Assembly: GCA_013265495.1 (NCBI GenBank)
Contig: MU058103.1
Location: 938,870 to 1,002,869 of the forward strand
From: Vicugna vicugna
Lineage: Eukaryota
Reading direction: 5' to 3'
DNA: 64,000 nucleotides
How positions within the stretch are numbered: position 1 is the first letter of the stretch; every line of letters begins with the position of its first letter. The translations under genes and the position numbers were made by a program. Of the stretch, positions 37,585 through 49,277 are shown one piece after another. Below the pieces are notes generated by a model. That model searched no databases. It had not been told where the DNA came from and worked only from the letters and a program-made list of their open reading frames with translations.

Positions 37585-37815
37585 AGTTCTTTGTCAGAGA
37601 TTTGTACTGAAATATTCATGGATAAGATTATATGATACCTCATATTTTATTTAAAATACTCCAGCAAAAAAAAAAAAAAGAAAAGAAACATATAGTAATG
37701 ACAGAGGAACAAAACTGGTAAAATGCCCACAACTGGTAAATGAAGGGATACATCATACAATACTCTTAACTTCTGTGTTTAACTGAAAACATTCATATAA
37801 AGAGTTAAAAAAAAC
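37585..37815 (+). mobile_element. Old L1 (L1MC/ME-like) 3' end
   Basis: AGAGAT..ACTGAAATATT.ATGGAT..TTTAAAATACTCCAG..AAAACATTCATATAAAGAGTTAAAAAA. Confidence 0.65.
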
Positions 37816-37854
37816 CAGTTAGGGATTTATTGGGATCTATACATGTACCTGTGT

Positions 37855-37955
37855 ATGCCTAAGCCCTGCCCTCAGAGATTCTTTGTAGCATGGGGTTTAT
37901 GAATTTTCAAAAGTTACTCAGGTGATCCAGCAGATATTCAAGGTTGAAAATTTAC
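37855..37955. mobile_element. MER5A-like fragment
   Basis: GCCCTGCCCTCAGAGATTCT..TTTT.AAAAG..CTCAGGTGAT.C..CAAGGTTGA.AA. Confidence 0.55.
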
Positions 37956-38086
37956 CTGGAAGTCTAGATAATTTCTAAAGTTCCTTCTAGATCGAATGTT
38001 ATCTAATTATGCTTGTTCCAACAATTTTCTTCAAGAGGTACTTTATCCTAGTTTGGCTTAGTTCTTCGGCATGGTGATAAGTGTTT

Positions 38087-38509
38087 TGTTGCCGCAAAAA
38101 CGGCCTCTGTCCTCTGAAAACTGGATTGAGACTTGGAGGCAGAGATTTGGAAAAATCTGAAAAGAATGGCTTTATTGCTTTGCCAGGCAAAGGGCAGTCA
38201 CAGCAGGCTAGTGCCTTAGAGATTGTGAGTCCATCTTGGGTTTGGGGTCTCGAGGCTTTTATGGAAAAGCTGAATGGAACAGAAAAGGCGATAACAATCC
38301 GGGCGTTTTACAGGGTGCATTCCTCTTAATTTCGATGATCTTCACGGAGGAACTCTGGAAGGTCTGTCCACTCTTCTGAGATTGTCAGCCCATCACCTCC
38401 TTCCTGGAGCGTAGGCTCTGGGTAAAGCTATTCTAGGTGAAGAGTGTATAAGGAAGGGAGACCTTGAAGGCAGGGAAGCCAGTTTGTTAGTTTGTTTCCT
38501 ACTCCTTCA
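38087..38509 (-). mobile_element. Solo ERV1-type LTR (423 bp)
   Basis: TG...CA ends with a perfect 4-bp TSD GTTT (38083-38086 and 38510-38513); minus-strand AATAAA (TTTATT near 38171). Confidence 0.82.
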
Positions 38510-40529
38510 GTTTCACACTTGAAGGAAGTGGATCTTGGAATCCAGTTCTGTCTCTGCCAGACTCATCATAAAGGACTCACAGCACCTTCCTAACCTCCAG
38601 TTTCTTATTCATGGGATAAAAGAGATGCACTCTATCAAACTGCAGTCACTCAGTAGAGCTTTAGCCCCAGGGGAAGAGCAGAGAAGGTAGCTGGTGCATC
38701 TGGCAGAACTCAGTTGTGGGTGAGCTGTGTGTGTCCACGTGTGCTGTCCTTCCTACAGGCTTGAAAAAGAAGACAGCCAGACACTAGGTTTTCCAGCCCC
38801 TCTCACTCCATGAAATGACCTGAATAGTCTTAGTAGGATTATACTCTTGGACACCATGTGTGTAAATGTGCCTTTTCATTGACTCATTCATCTCATTATT
38901 TATACAACATATATACAACAGTCTTTGAGTAGCTACTATAAGTTAGGTTTTGGTCAATTTGTGTAAAAGGAAAAAACAAGTGAAAGAAACTAATGTATCT
39001 TAAGTGCACTGGATTAAGCATTATACTATTAGCTTTAATATCAACAAAAATGTAATAAAATACTATAGCTATATCCAGTCTTCAGATGGAAACCAAAGAT
39101 TGGAGCACATGAGTGATTTTTCCAAAGTAACAGAGGCGGCCAAAGGAAAGCTGAGATTGAATCCAAATGTGTATTATTCTCTAGAGCTGGTATATCAACA
39201 TCCCTACAGTCACAAAAGCATAGTCTTTACATTCTTTTTTCCTTCTTTCCATCCTTCCGTCCTTGCTCCCTCCTTTCCGTGCTTTTTCCCTATGTCTTTT
39301 TCTCTAAAACCTCTTCCATTCTCTAAGCCTTATCTACTCTGAAACTTTTCACTTATGAACCCCATCTGTTGATGTTTCCTTAAAGTCTTTCTCTCCACAG
39401 GCTCTCTTTTTGATTCTGGTCCCTTACTAGCTACCATCCCGGAATCCTGTATGTTTCTACTACCAGATGGTTTCAATGATAGGGAATACAAGGCTGCTGG
39501 AAGACAGGCTGGGCAAATTCAAGGGAGAAACAGGCAGCTTGAAATGGAAATGAGGCTGAGTTTTGAGTGCACAGCAGAAGGGTGAGCCTTCCACTTCTGA
39601 ATGAGAGCCCTATTTCTTCCCTTGCCCCTACAAAAAAAAAAACAAAAACCAAAACCAAAAAACAAAACACACATTTGAAAAGTCACACAATTGGTAGTGA
39701 AAGTCACTCCCAGCCTGCAATCTCAGGCTTCATTTCTTGCACGGCCCTTGGTCCTATGAAGAAACAGCTTTCGACTGCTGTACTACAAAGAACTCACAGG
39801 TGGTCTAAGACATTGGCCCTCTGTCTTTGAGCAGTTGGAAAGCCTGGGGTAAGCAGAACTCCAGACCGCAGTCTTGTCTGCTTACTCTGGCGCACCTCAT
39901 TAATGTTATTGTGCGCCCCAAGACATCACAATGGTGAAAAGCATCTTCCAAAGTTTGTTTGCTTTTATATTTTGCTTTTTATTTTCTTTCTCATACCATC
40001 TGTCCTCTTGGAAATTTTTCAAGTTATTGACCACTCACTATTTGGAAATTTCTGTTTGTTTTTCCTTTTCTTCAGTTTTTAACACTCTTAGTGTAAAAAT
40101 ATATCATAGATATTAAAAGAAAAACAATAAACCTAATATTTGTCTTAATGAACAAGGTGAACATCTTGGTCAAGAAGCAGAACCTTTCCAGCGGCTCCAG
40201 GAGCTCGGAAAGGATGGCAGACAAGTAGGTTGCTTATAGGGTGCTGGTCCTGCTTTATGGGTGGAAAAACATTGTGACCCAGGGTCATATTTGTCCTGTA
40301 ACACATCTGCTTCCGATCTGTTACTTCCGTAAATTCACCTAAACAGTCATCCAATGAGTGACTCTGGAAGTGTGCATTTTTGTAATAATTTTCATATTTA
40401 AGCTTAGTGAAATTTGGGATTTTGGCTGGCTAGTTCACAGTTGTATTCCAAAAGTTTAGCATAGGGCCTCGTATATTATGCACAGTCAATATATGGTTTG
40501 GTCATATGCTGGAAACAGTCTCTGACCCT

Positions 40530-41230
40530 TAAATATTTATTCATGCCCGAGGTATTGACTGCTGAGATCTACTCTGTGCCTGTCCTATTAGTACATAAGA
40601 CATTCTCTCTGCCCCATGGAGTTCACTCTCCTTGGAGCAATAAGTGTGTAAACAAACAATCACAATAAAGCACTGTAAGTACTGTAGTTATGATACGTAA
40701 CAAGTGAGACCGTCACATAAGAAAGCATTGATGGATTCTCCTGGAAAAGTTCAATGAGTGCATTTAAAATACGTCCTGGAAGATAAAGATTAGCATGCAA
40801 AATGAAGCAAGGTCACCTATATATTTCAGGTGAATCAGACTATGTGCCAAATCATGGAGATGTAAACTGACATGCCCTGGGAACTACATTGAGTCGGCAG
40901 CCACTGGAATTGTATTTTAAATATGGAGTTGTGGGTTAAGCAGGAAAAAGTATGTTGGAAAAAAAACTCCGGGTCTTCTTTTGCCATCCTAAGGGATTTG
41001 CTTTATGTCATTTGAGCAACTGGACCTCCTAGAGGCTTGCAAGTCAAGCAGTGACGTGGTCAGTCTTGTCTCTGAGAAAAATCACTTGTCTTTCAGCAGC
41101 AAAAGGACTGAAGAAGCTCCAGTGAGCGGCAAGCAGAGAAGCTGCGTAGTAGTTAAAATGCATTTGAAGGATTAAGCAGTTACTGTGGGTGTGAGAAGAA
41201 AGGCTTGGATTCTGGAGGGGTTTAGAACAG
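40530..41230 (-). mobile_element. L2 fragment
   Basis: TATTGA..CTACTCTGTGCC..CTGCCCCATGGAGTTCAC..TGCCAT.CTAAGG..AGCAGTGAC.TGGTCAG..GAAAAATCACT. Confidence 0.65.
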
Positions 41231-42377
41231 CGAAGTAGCAACTTTCGAGATGGATATAACCGTTGCTATCAGAAGTAGCAACTTCTGATTCTGCAGCTTA
41301 GACTCGTCCTTAACTACTCTGAGCCTCCGCGGCCTCTTTCGTACAATGGATGGTGAGGCCCATTATACTTTCTCAACTTTGGGTAAGTGGAGAAAGTGGG
41401 ACAGTTTCTGGATGGCTCCATAATCTCCTAACACAGCTTAGCCCCTGGGATGCCCCTGCTGTATCTTTTCTTTCTTCTGTGTTGTTTGGCTACAGGTAAA
41501 ATAATAATAATAATAATATGCCCATAGGGAAGTTCTTTTCATTGAAAATGGAAATTTCACATAAAGTAAACAGAAACACTCAAGTGCACAAGTTGCCATG
41601 GCTGAGATGATTATGTCAAAGCTTCTACTTCCCAATGAACTTCTTGTCCTCAGTTATGAAAGTAGCATCGGCAGTGTTGTTGTTGTTTTCTGTGTGTGTC
41701 TATGTTTTCTGAATTAACTTCACTGTCTACAGGGATACAACTATGGGATTCTAAAGTCGCTCCGTCACTCACCAGGCACAGAGCTCAGCTTCAGGCTCAG
41801 TGGAGGGAGCCAGCACGTTGGCTTTCACCCAGGTGCCCCCTCTGCAGAGTGAAACAGTACCAAGACACTAGGCTGAAGGGTCACTCAAAAAGGCATGGGT
41901 TCCAGTTCTGATTCTACTGCTATGAACTCTTCCTTAACTACTCTGTGCCTCCGCTGCTCATGTGTACAACAGATGGTGATGCCCATCACCCAGGTGTTTG
42001 TGGCTCTATTGTGAGGGCTGTGTGAAACATGCATAGGCTACCGTGTCCAATGTCAGAGAATATTTTCACATCTACCTCAAGAATGGTTTGAGATATTAAT
42101 ACTCCCATTTTACAGATGTGGAGACTGAGAAACCAAAGTATACTTATTTACTTAAGGTCACACAAGGAGGAAATGAGAAGAATTATTTGAACCAAATTAT
42201 AAAAAAAAATGGCTAGCAACCCCAGTCTTAGAAAGAGGAGTAGCTCCCAGCGTCTTCAGTCTTGAACCTTGTTCTTGACAAAGTGAACATGGTGATGTTG
42301 TTCTCATTTGGGAAATAAATACTCATATTGCTAACATGGAATCAGGGGCATGGTATATGGGAAAACACTGCAGCTAC

Positions 42378-42490
42378 AAAAAGAGAGAGAGCAAAAGGAA
42401 AGGAGGAAAGGAAAGGAAGAAGAGAAAGAAGAAAAGAGAGAAAGAGAGAGAGAGAGAGATAAAACAAAAGAAGAAAGAAAGAAAAGAAAG
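42378..42490. repeat. GA-rich low-complexity purine tract
   Basis: Almost pure A/G over ~110 bp, including (GA)n and (GAAA)n. Confidence 0.9.
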
Positions 42491-42634
42491 TATTGCAGAG
42501 AAATGAGAGCCAGTTGAACTGCTGTTGCACTTACGAATTTCTTTAATTCACTCATAGATGAGTGTCAGCTCCAGGGTTTGCTGGAGGCAGGATTTGTTGT
42601 CTTTGATGATGATGATGATGATGATTTTCTTCAG

Positions 42635-42799
42635 AGATGTTCGTTGCCCTCTAGGGAATGCCCGGCTCCTTGTGGGACTCTCACCCCTGGCTGCTGTGAC
42701 CGGGAAGTGGATAGTTTGTGAGTCAGTTGCCCAAGATAGCTCTTTAGAAGAAAGCCAGAAAGATGATGGTGTTGACGATGATGTTGATCTGCTTGTTTG
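42635..42799 (+). other. Candidate exon (165 nt, frame-preserving, one open frame)
   Basis: Acceptor ATTTTCTTCAG and donor TTG|GTAAGA; open in phase 2-2; peptide not recognised. Confidence 0.22.
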
Positions 42800-42844
42800 G
42801 TAAGAAATCACATCCGTCATTCCTCTGGATGTGAGTAGTTTATT

Positions 42845-44000
42845 AATTTGTTCGACAAGTATTCAGAATTTCTCTTATGATAAATATTTATAGAGGCATG
42901 GCTCTAGCTTCTGTGGAGTATAGAGGAACTGTTCCAGATTCTTATTAAACAGGGCAGACAAGGCCATGCATTCTTGGATATGGCAATCAGAAGGACAGAG
43001 GAGGAAAGCAGCATATAAACAATGAAAGTATCATTTACAGAGAAACAAGATGATGGAATAAAGAAAAGGCTGGTAGTATTTGAGGATGACTACTTGAGGT
43101 AAAGTAGTCAAGGTAAGCCTCTCTGAGAAGATAAATTTTAAACAAGACCTGAATTTTAAAAAGAGCCAGCCACATAAAGATCTGTGGGGAGAGAATTCTA
43201 GGTAAGGCCAACGAAATCGGAATACACTTGGAGTGTTTGGGAAACATCAAGCAAATGCTGCTGAAATACAGAGAGTGGAAGAGTGGTGTGAAGGGAGGTT
43301 AAAGCTATAGGGACCTTAGTCATAAAGTTGGCTGTAGGGACTTTACTCCCATTTTTTATTAATATATTCTTATTGAAGTATAGTCAGTTTACAATGTTGT
43401 GTCAATTTCTGGTGTACGGCATAATGCTTCAGTCATAGATAAACACATATATATTCATTTTCATATTCTTTTTGACCATGTTACTATAAGATATTTAATT
43501 TAGTTCCCTGTGCTATACAGCATGAACTTGTTGTTTATTTTATATGTATTTGTTTGTATCTGCAAATCTTGAATTCCCAATTTGGTGTAATTGAAATCTT
43601 TTAATCAGAGAAGGGACGTGATAAAGATTGCGTGCTGTTTGGGCAGTGGGTTGGAGGCTGGTGAGATTGGAAGTATGCAGACTCAACAGAATAGGTTCTA
43701 GGAAATGTCATCATCAAAGATGGTGGGTGGCTTGAACCAGAGTAGTGGTGAAACTGGAGGGAAGTGGATCGATTTGGGATTTATTTCGGTGGAAGACGGG
43801 GCCAGCTGAAGGATTAAAGTGCTCTGTTTTGCTTGAGTAACTGAGTAGTTGGTGGTGCTGTACAGTGAGATGGGAAAAATCAGGAGGACAGATTGTGGGA
43901 AGGGGTGTGGGATTCGTGAGGTATTCTGCGAGGAACACAATTATTCAATATCTCAGTGGAGGCCACAAGTCAGACATAGATATAAGATCTTGATGATTTG
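42845..44000 (-). mobile_element. L2 fragment interrupted by an L1 3' end at 43351-43583
   Basis: GTCAAGG.AAGCCTCTCTGAGAAG..GAGCCAGCCAC..AAGATCTG.GGG.AGA..GGTGGCTTGAACCAG.GTAGTGG..GAGATGGGAAA. Confidence 0.75.
43351..43583 (-). mobile_element. L1 3' end inserted in an L2
   Basis: TATTGAAGTATAGTCAGTTTACAATGTTGTG..TTCTGGTGTAC..TTCATATTCTTTT..AGTTCCCTGTGCTATACAG. Confidence 0.85.
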
Positions 44001-44034
44001 CATGCTTTTTAAACCGGTTGAAATTAAATGGTGA

Positions 44035-44433
44035 CCATAAATAAGATGAAATATTGCCATTTGGGACAATGTGGATGGACCTTTACGATACTGTGCTAAG
44101 TGAAATTAGTCAGACCGAGAAAGCAAACTACTGAATTATTTTACTCATGTGGAATATAAGCAGACAAACCAACAAAAAATCAAAATATATGAATAAACCA
44201 AACAAAAAGAAACACGTAGCTCCAGAGAACAGAGTAGTGATGAGCAGAGGGGAAGAGGCAGGGGGAGGGCAGAATGAGTAAAGGAGATCAGCTGTATGAG
44301 GAGGGATGGAAATTAAAATTTTTGGCAGAAACACACTGTAGTATGTATAAAAGGAAACCTATAATGTTGTATACATGAAACTTACATAGTGTCAAAACCA
44401 TTGTTCCCTCGATGAAATATTAATTTAAAAAAA
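44035..44433 (+). mobile_element. L1 3' end
   Basis: ATGAAATATTGCCATTTG..TGGATGGACCT..GCTAAGTGAAATTAGTCAGAC.GAGAAAG..ACTCATGTGGAAT plus terminal A-run. Confidence 0.85.
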
Positions 44434-44844
44434 GAGTTTATATGGATATCTTGGAACTAGACTCTTGCCAGAACCCTGATCAGAAAGCAGACTCACAAAA
44501 CTAAATGGAAATACAGACAAATAAATACTTAGCAATGAAGCCAGGCAAGGAATTGGCTTCAGGGTGGCAAAATGGTATGGAAAATAAACGAGGCAAAAAA
44601 CAGAGAGGGAACCAAGAGTCTATAAAATCTAGTGTTGTGGTTAATAGCACAGGTGTAGAGTCAGACGTACTTGGTTCACATCAGGGCTCTGTGTTTTCTT
44701 ATTTCCAATATGAGAAGAAAAGTAAAGCTTCCCTCATCGTGATGTCAGGTTATTTGAATGAAGAAATGTATGGGCAGGAACTTTGTTATGTTATCTCTTT
44801 TAATAAATTTCCCCTTTAATTTTAAATAGAATAATTCATGGGTG

Positions 44845-44937
44845 ATATATATATTATGATTATATATGTATATTGTATGAATGTATGTATACATTTATAT
44901 GTATATATGTATGAGTGTGTATATACATGTGTGTGTG

Positions 44938-44972
<35 letters not shown>
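44845..44972. repeat. (TA)/(TG)/(CA) compound microsatellite
   Basis: Alternating purine-pyrimidine tract ending in about (CA)13. Confidence 0.9.
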
Positions 44973-46078
44973 TCATCCCACATGCAAACTGTGTGATACT
45001 TAGACAATAAAGTGAGAGCCCTCTAGCCCCACTATTTCTCTGGACTCTCCCTGACTCTCCTACTTCCCATGTTTTTAACCATTTAATCAATATTTCTGGT
45101 AATCACTCTTCTAAGTCTAAATGATACAATTAGGCGAGTTTTCTTGATTTAATCAATTTAAAACATCTATTGATTTCTTATATGGAAAGTTTCTCTGAAT
45201 TTCCACGACTCTATTACCCCAGCCTAATTTTTTATAAATAAATTTTCAACATCACAGTTGTATTCACTTAAGTCAAATAGTTTGACCTTTCTTGTTTCAT
45301 TAACTCTTAGGGACTCCCTCCCCTCTCCCCCTGCACAGGACTTAATTTAGTGAGCTTAAATAATTCACCCATGGTGGTAAACAAGCCCTTGGGTCAGGTT
45401 CAGAAGAAATCTCCTCTTTAAGCCTATTTTAAAGAAGTACACAAAAATTTTACTATGGAACATACACGAAATGTTTTGTTTGCTAAATCTTGAAGTAAAG
45501 ATAAGAATTACAAAATCCATATTACTTCAGTGTCTTTCAGATCTTTTTCTCCTAACGTGTCTTCCAGATTTCTTAGGTACGCTGTACAGTTACACATGAA
45601 GTTTATTTCACTTAATGGAATAATGCGTTCATCAACTTTAGCACTCTAAAGAAGTAGTAAGTGTTATTTAAACTTTGTCCTTATCTCCTCCCCACCCCCT
45701 GCAAAATAAATTTAATAAAATTTCTTTAAAAAACAATGAGGAAGGAGTCCTGTGGCCTAAAGGCACCTGGAAAGGAATAGAATTCAGAGAATGAGAGGAA
45801 TTCCTTTCTAGAATTCTAGCTCATTCAGAGAATGGCATGTAGTAACCATTGCATAAATGTGTGTTTTTAATTATAATATTTTATTGGAGTTTCTAGTTGC
45901 CTATTTTTTTAGTGAGAAAAGGAGCATTGGCCAGATTTCCATGTCACTAACATCATCTAGCTCTTTAGTCCTTCTGTCTGTTGCTTGAATTCCTTTTTTT
46001 CTTCTTGAAACATCCTTTTGGATTTCTAACTCTGATTTGGCCTACTGCTGTTTGGGCATGTTTTATTACTATTTTTCT

Positions 46079-46217
46079 TTTTCTTTAAATTTTTTTTGCT
46101 TTATGATTTCTGTTTGTTTGTTTGTTTGTTTATTTTTTAATGGAGATACTGGGGCTAGAACCCAGGACCTCCCGAATGCTAAGCACACACTCTACCCCTG
46201 AGCTATTCCCCACCCCC
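46079..46217 (-). mobile_element. tRNA-derived SINE, Vic-1-like
   Basis: Reverse complement GGGG..AATAGCTCAGGGGTAGAGTGTGTGCTTAGCAT..GAGGTCCTGGGTTCTAGCCCCAGTATCTCC with an (AAAC)n tail; TSD-like TATTACTATTTTTCT / TACAACTGTTTTTCT. Confidence 0.85.
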
Positions 46218-46674
46218 TACAACTGTTTTTCTGAGCTCTTCCAGGGGAAACTACTCTGTCCTCTGCAGGTGTCTGATCCTCAGGACTTTCTTCTTCTCCC
46301 TGGTCCGCTTCATTCACGACAGACTTTCACCCAGGCTCCACCATCCTGCGTTTTGTTAGACTCCTCTTACTATTGAAAGTCTCTTCCCATGTCCTCACTG
46401 TTGCTGGTTTAATTCTTTCATTTCACTGGGTTCTCTGGAACACATGTTCTCATTGCATCATTCAGATATAAACTCTTTCGTTTAGTCTCCATAAAAAAAT
46501 TTATCATGCAAGTGCTATGATTTCCATCTCGGAGATGAAGAAACCAAGTGACACAGGACTAAGAAAATTGCCCAGGCCACCAACAGCAAGGAGCAGAATC
46601 CTGATTACATCCTTCGTTCTTGAGACATCAGAACCCTTCTAAGGAAGCACAACCATGCTTTTTGCTTTCTTCAG

Positions 46675-46769
46675 AGGCATCTGGAGCTGTCAAAGCCTTA
46701 CTTAGGTGCAAATAGGGCAGCAGGGATCGCCGGGTAGACAGTGCCAGTTTTGAACGTGTACGTTGCGAG
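46675..46769 (+). other. Candidate non-coding exon (95 nt)
   Basis: Acceptor GCTTTTTGCTTTCTTCAG and donor GAG|GTAAGC; stops in all three frames; several retained CpGs. Confidence 0.3.
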
Positions 46770-47499
46770 GTAAGCATCTCTGAGAGAATAGGTGCAAATG
46801 CAACCTCCCCCCAGGCTGGGGAATCAAGGAAGAAGCAGCAAAAAGAGAACCAAAAACAAAAAGACAGTTTGCTGCAAATCCTTGCCTTTGTGATGAAAGC
46901 AGGTACCTGAGTTCCAGCTGTGATTGTATATTTTTTCAGAGAACAAAGCTTCATAATAGTATCCTTGTCCCAACTAGACTGCCGAATTAACACGTGCTGA
47001 TGGTGGTCCACACCTCTCTGACACGTGGGGATTGGCAGCTGTTGCTAGCAAGCGTCCTGAGGGAGCGTTGCTATACATTTCCCAACCTGGAGACTCTATC
47101 TTATATCCTCTGTGTGTAGTCATTAAAAAGACAAGTGTATGTGGGTATAAAAATATACTTACATTGGACAGCACATGTAAATGTGCTCATTGACTCACCC
47201 AGAGTTTATTTTAACTTAACAAAATGCTAGGTTTGTGAATCAAGCATGCACTTTGAATGTAGAAAGAGATGTTTATTTATTCTACACATATTTATAATAT
47301 ATAGTGCATGCATGTATTTCACATAATTGTATATACTCACGTCGTGTTCATATTCAATAGGTGAGAGTTTATGGTATATGTATATGCATTCTTATCAATA
47401 TTGTGTATGACATATGGGCATATGATTCTTTGTACCTTGCTCCATCTATCCATCTGTCTGCCACCATGGGTGTGTATGAATCTATCCACAGACTGTTAC

Positions 47500-47760
47500 T
47501 AGAAGGAGCACAGGCTTTAGAATCAGATAGGTCTAGATTTGAAGTTCAACTCTCTCATTCAGTAAGTATAAAACTAGAGATGACCTACTTCATCACTTTG
47601 AGTCTAGGTTTCCTTCTTTGCAAACGTAGGATAATGACAGTATCTCAACCTTAGGTTCACTCTTTCAACAACAAAATGAGAGTTCATGTGAAACACAAAG
47701 CAGAGAGTTTGGCAAATAGTAAATGATAAATAAATGCTAGCTGTGTGAATGGTGATGATT
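47500..47760 (+). mobile_element. MIR SINE
   Basis: AGCACAGGCTTTAGAATCAGA..GTTTCCTT.TTTG.AAA..GGATAATGACAGTATC..ATAGTAAATG..AATAAATGCTAGCT. Confidence 0.7.
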
Positions 47761-47949
47761 AAGATATACTTGTAGACTCAATTTAGCATATAATTACCAA
47801 GCTTATATCTTATTTTATCTTAGTTTATAGATTACACATATATAGCTGTAGCTATATGATATAATGTTTGTTTGCAGATATGTTTAGCATCTATCAAGTA
47901 TAATTTGCCTACCTATTTGGTTTTCTATGCAGTAAATATACATAAATAT

Positions 47950-48500
47950 ATTTAATTCAATGTACATTAATTGAGAAAATTTTTGAACGAGCCTCCATGT
48001 TAGTCCCTGGAGTGTTAAAATAAATAAATTCTATGTGCTGCTCTCGTACAGTACTCTTGAGGTATTCAGAAAGAGATACACAAAGGAATTATCATTGTGT
48101 TGTATAAAATGCAGTAACGTGCTCTGTAGAAGGAGAAGTGTGAGAGAGTCAATTTCTTGTGCCTTGGAGGACTGAGGAAGGGATTCACAGGAGAGGAGAC
48201 ACTTGAAACGGGCCTTAGAGGATGAAAAGAAGCTCATTAGGGGTAGAGCATCAGCGAGGGGCAGCAGCTAGTGCAAAGGCATGGGCGAAGATGATCTGAA
48301 AAGAAAAGGTTAGTTTAGTTTGCGAGTGGCTTTTTCTGTTTCATCACAGAGCTTGAACTCTGTAGGTAATGAGAAGCCATCAAAGGCTTTTAGTTAAGAG
48401 GGAAACCTGGCCGCATCTATGCTCTTGAAGGTTGTTCGATACAAAAGGTAGGTTTAAGGAGAAACTGGGGAAAGGAAGACCATTAGGAGGTTATTAAAAA
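47950..48500 (-). mobile_element. L2 fragment
   Basis: GGAAGG.TTCACAGGAGAGGAGACACTTGAA..GGCCTT.GAGGATGA..GTGCAAAGGCATGG..GTAGGTAATGAGAAGCCAT. Confidence 0.7.
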
Positions 48501-49169
48501 GTTACCAAAGAATCATATTTGTATCATCTCTTCTATTTTACAAAAACATCATCATTTTTGGAATTACTTCTCAGGCAACTCTTGTAAGACTTATCTGTGT
48601 CTGCATTGAGTTATTTAGCTTTTAAGGGCTTTAGCTTCCCTGTCACTAACTCCCTAATCCTTTGTAGAGGGCCAGGACAGAATAAATATAGAGTAAATTT
48701 AAGTTGAAAGGTAGGCTAAATTAAAGAATGTTTTTCTCCAGTATAGAGCTAGAAATGGAGATTCAAGAGACTGAGGTCTTTCCGCAGCCACATCTGTCTG
48801 TTTATAGGTCAAATCTCCCCCTACTGAAGTATCTAAGTAGCACCTCGCCTGATGCTTCTAGTCTTACTGTGAAAAACCAAGACAATATTGTTGACCTAGA
48901 AGCAAAGCAGTTTTTATCATCTTGCTATGCTTCCAAGAATAAAGTGTATTGTATGTACATAAGCTTATTAGTATCTTCTCTCTTACAAACATATTTTCAA
49001 AGTCATTTTCAATACTTGCATTATGAAAATTACTAAAAAATGTGGCATAGAAAGGAGCAGAGCCAGATCTTCTGACAGCAACTGAGGATGTGTAAATCTT
49101 GGGCAAGTCACGGATCATCTGGAAAACTTGACATTTTTAGTTAAGGGAGCAATTGCTGTTTGCTTCTAT

Positions 49170-49277
49170 AGGGAGGATTTCCGGGCTTAGCAAAATAAAA
49201 CATAGAACATACATAAAATTTGGATAAACATCAGAAGATTTTTTAGTATAAGTATGTCTCAGGTGGTGCTGGTGACC
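49170..49277. mobile_element. MER53-like hAT fragment (one arm)
   Basis: TTAGCAAAATAAAACA..AAATTTGGATAAACA..TTTTTTAGTATAAGTATGTC. Confidence 0.65.

Noticed and set aside
42331..42820. Minus-strand ORFs with hydrophobic, poly-Ile or poly-Ser runs
   Set aside because: Translations of the GA-rich tract and the (GAT)n microsatellite.
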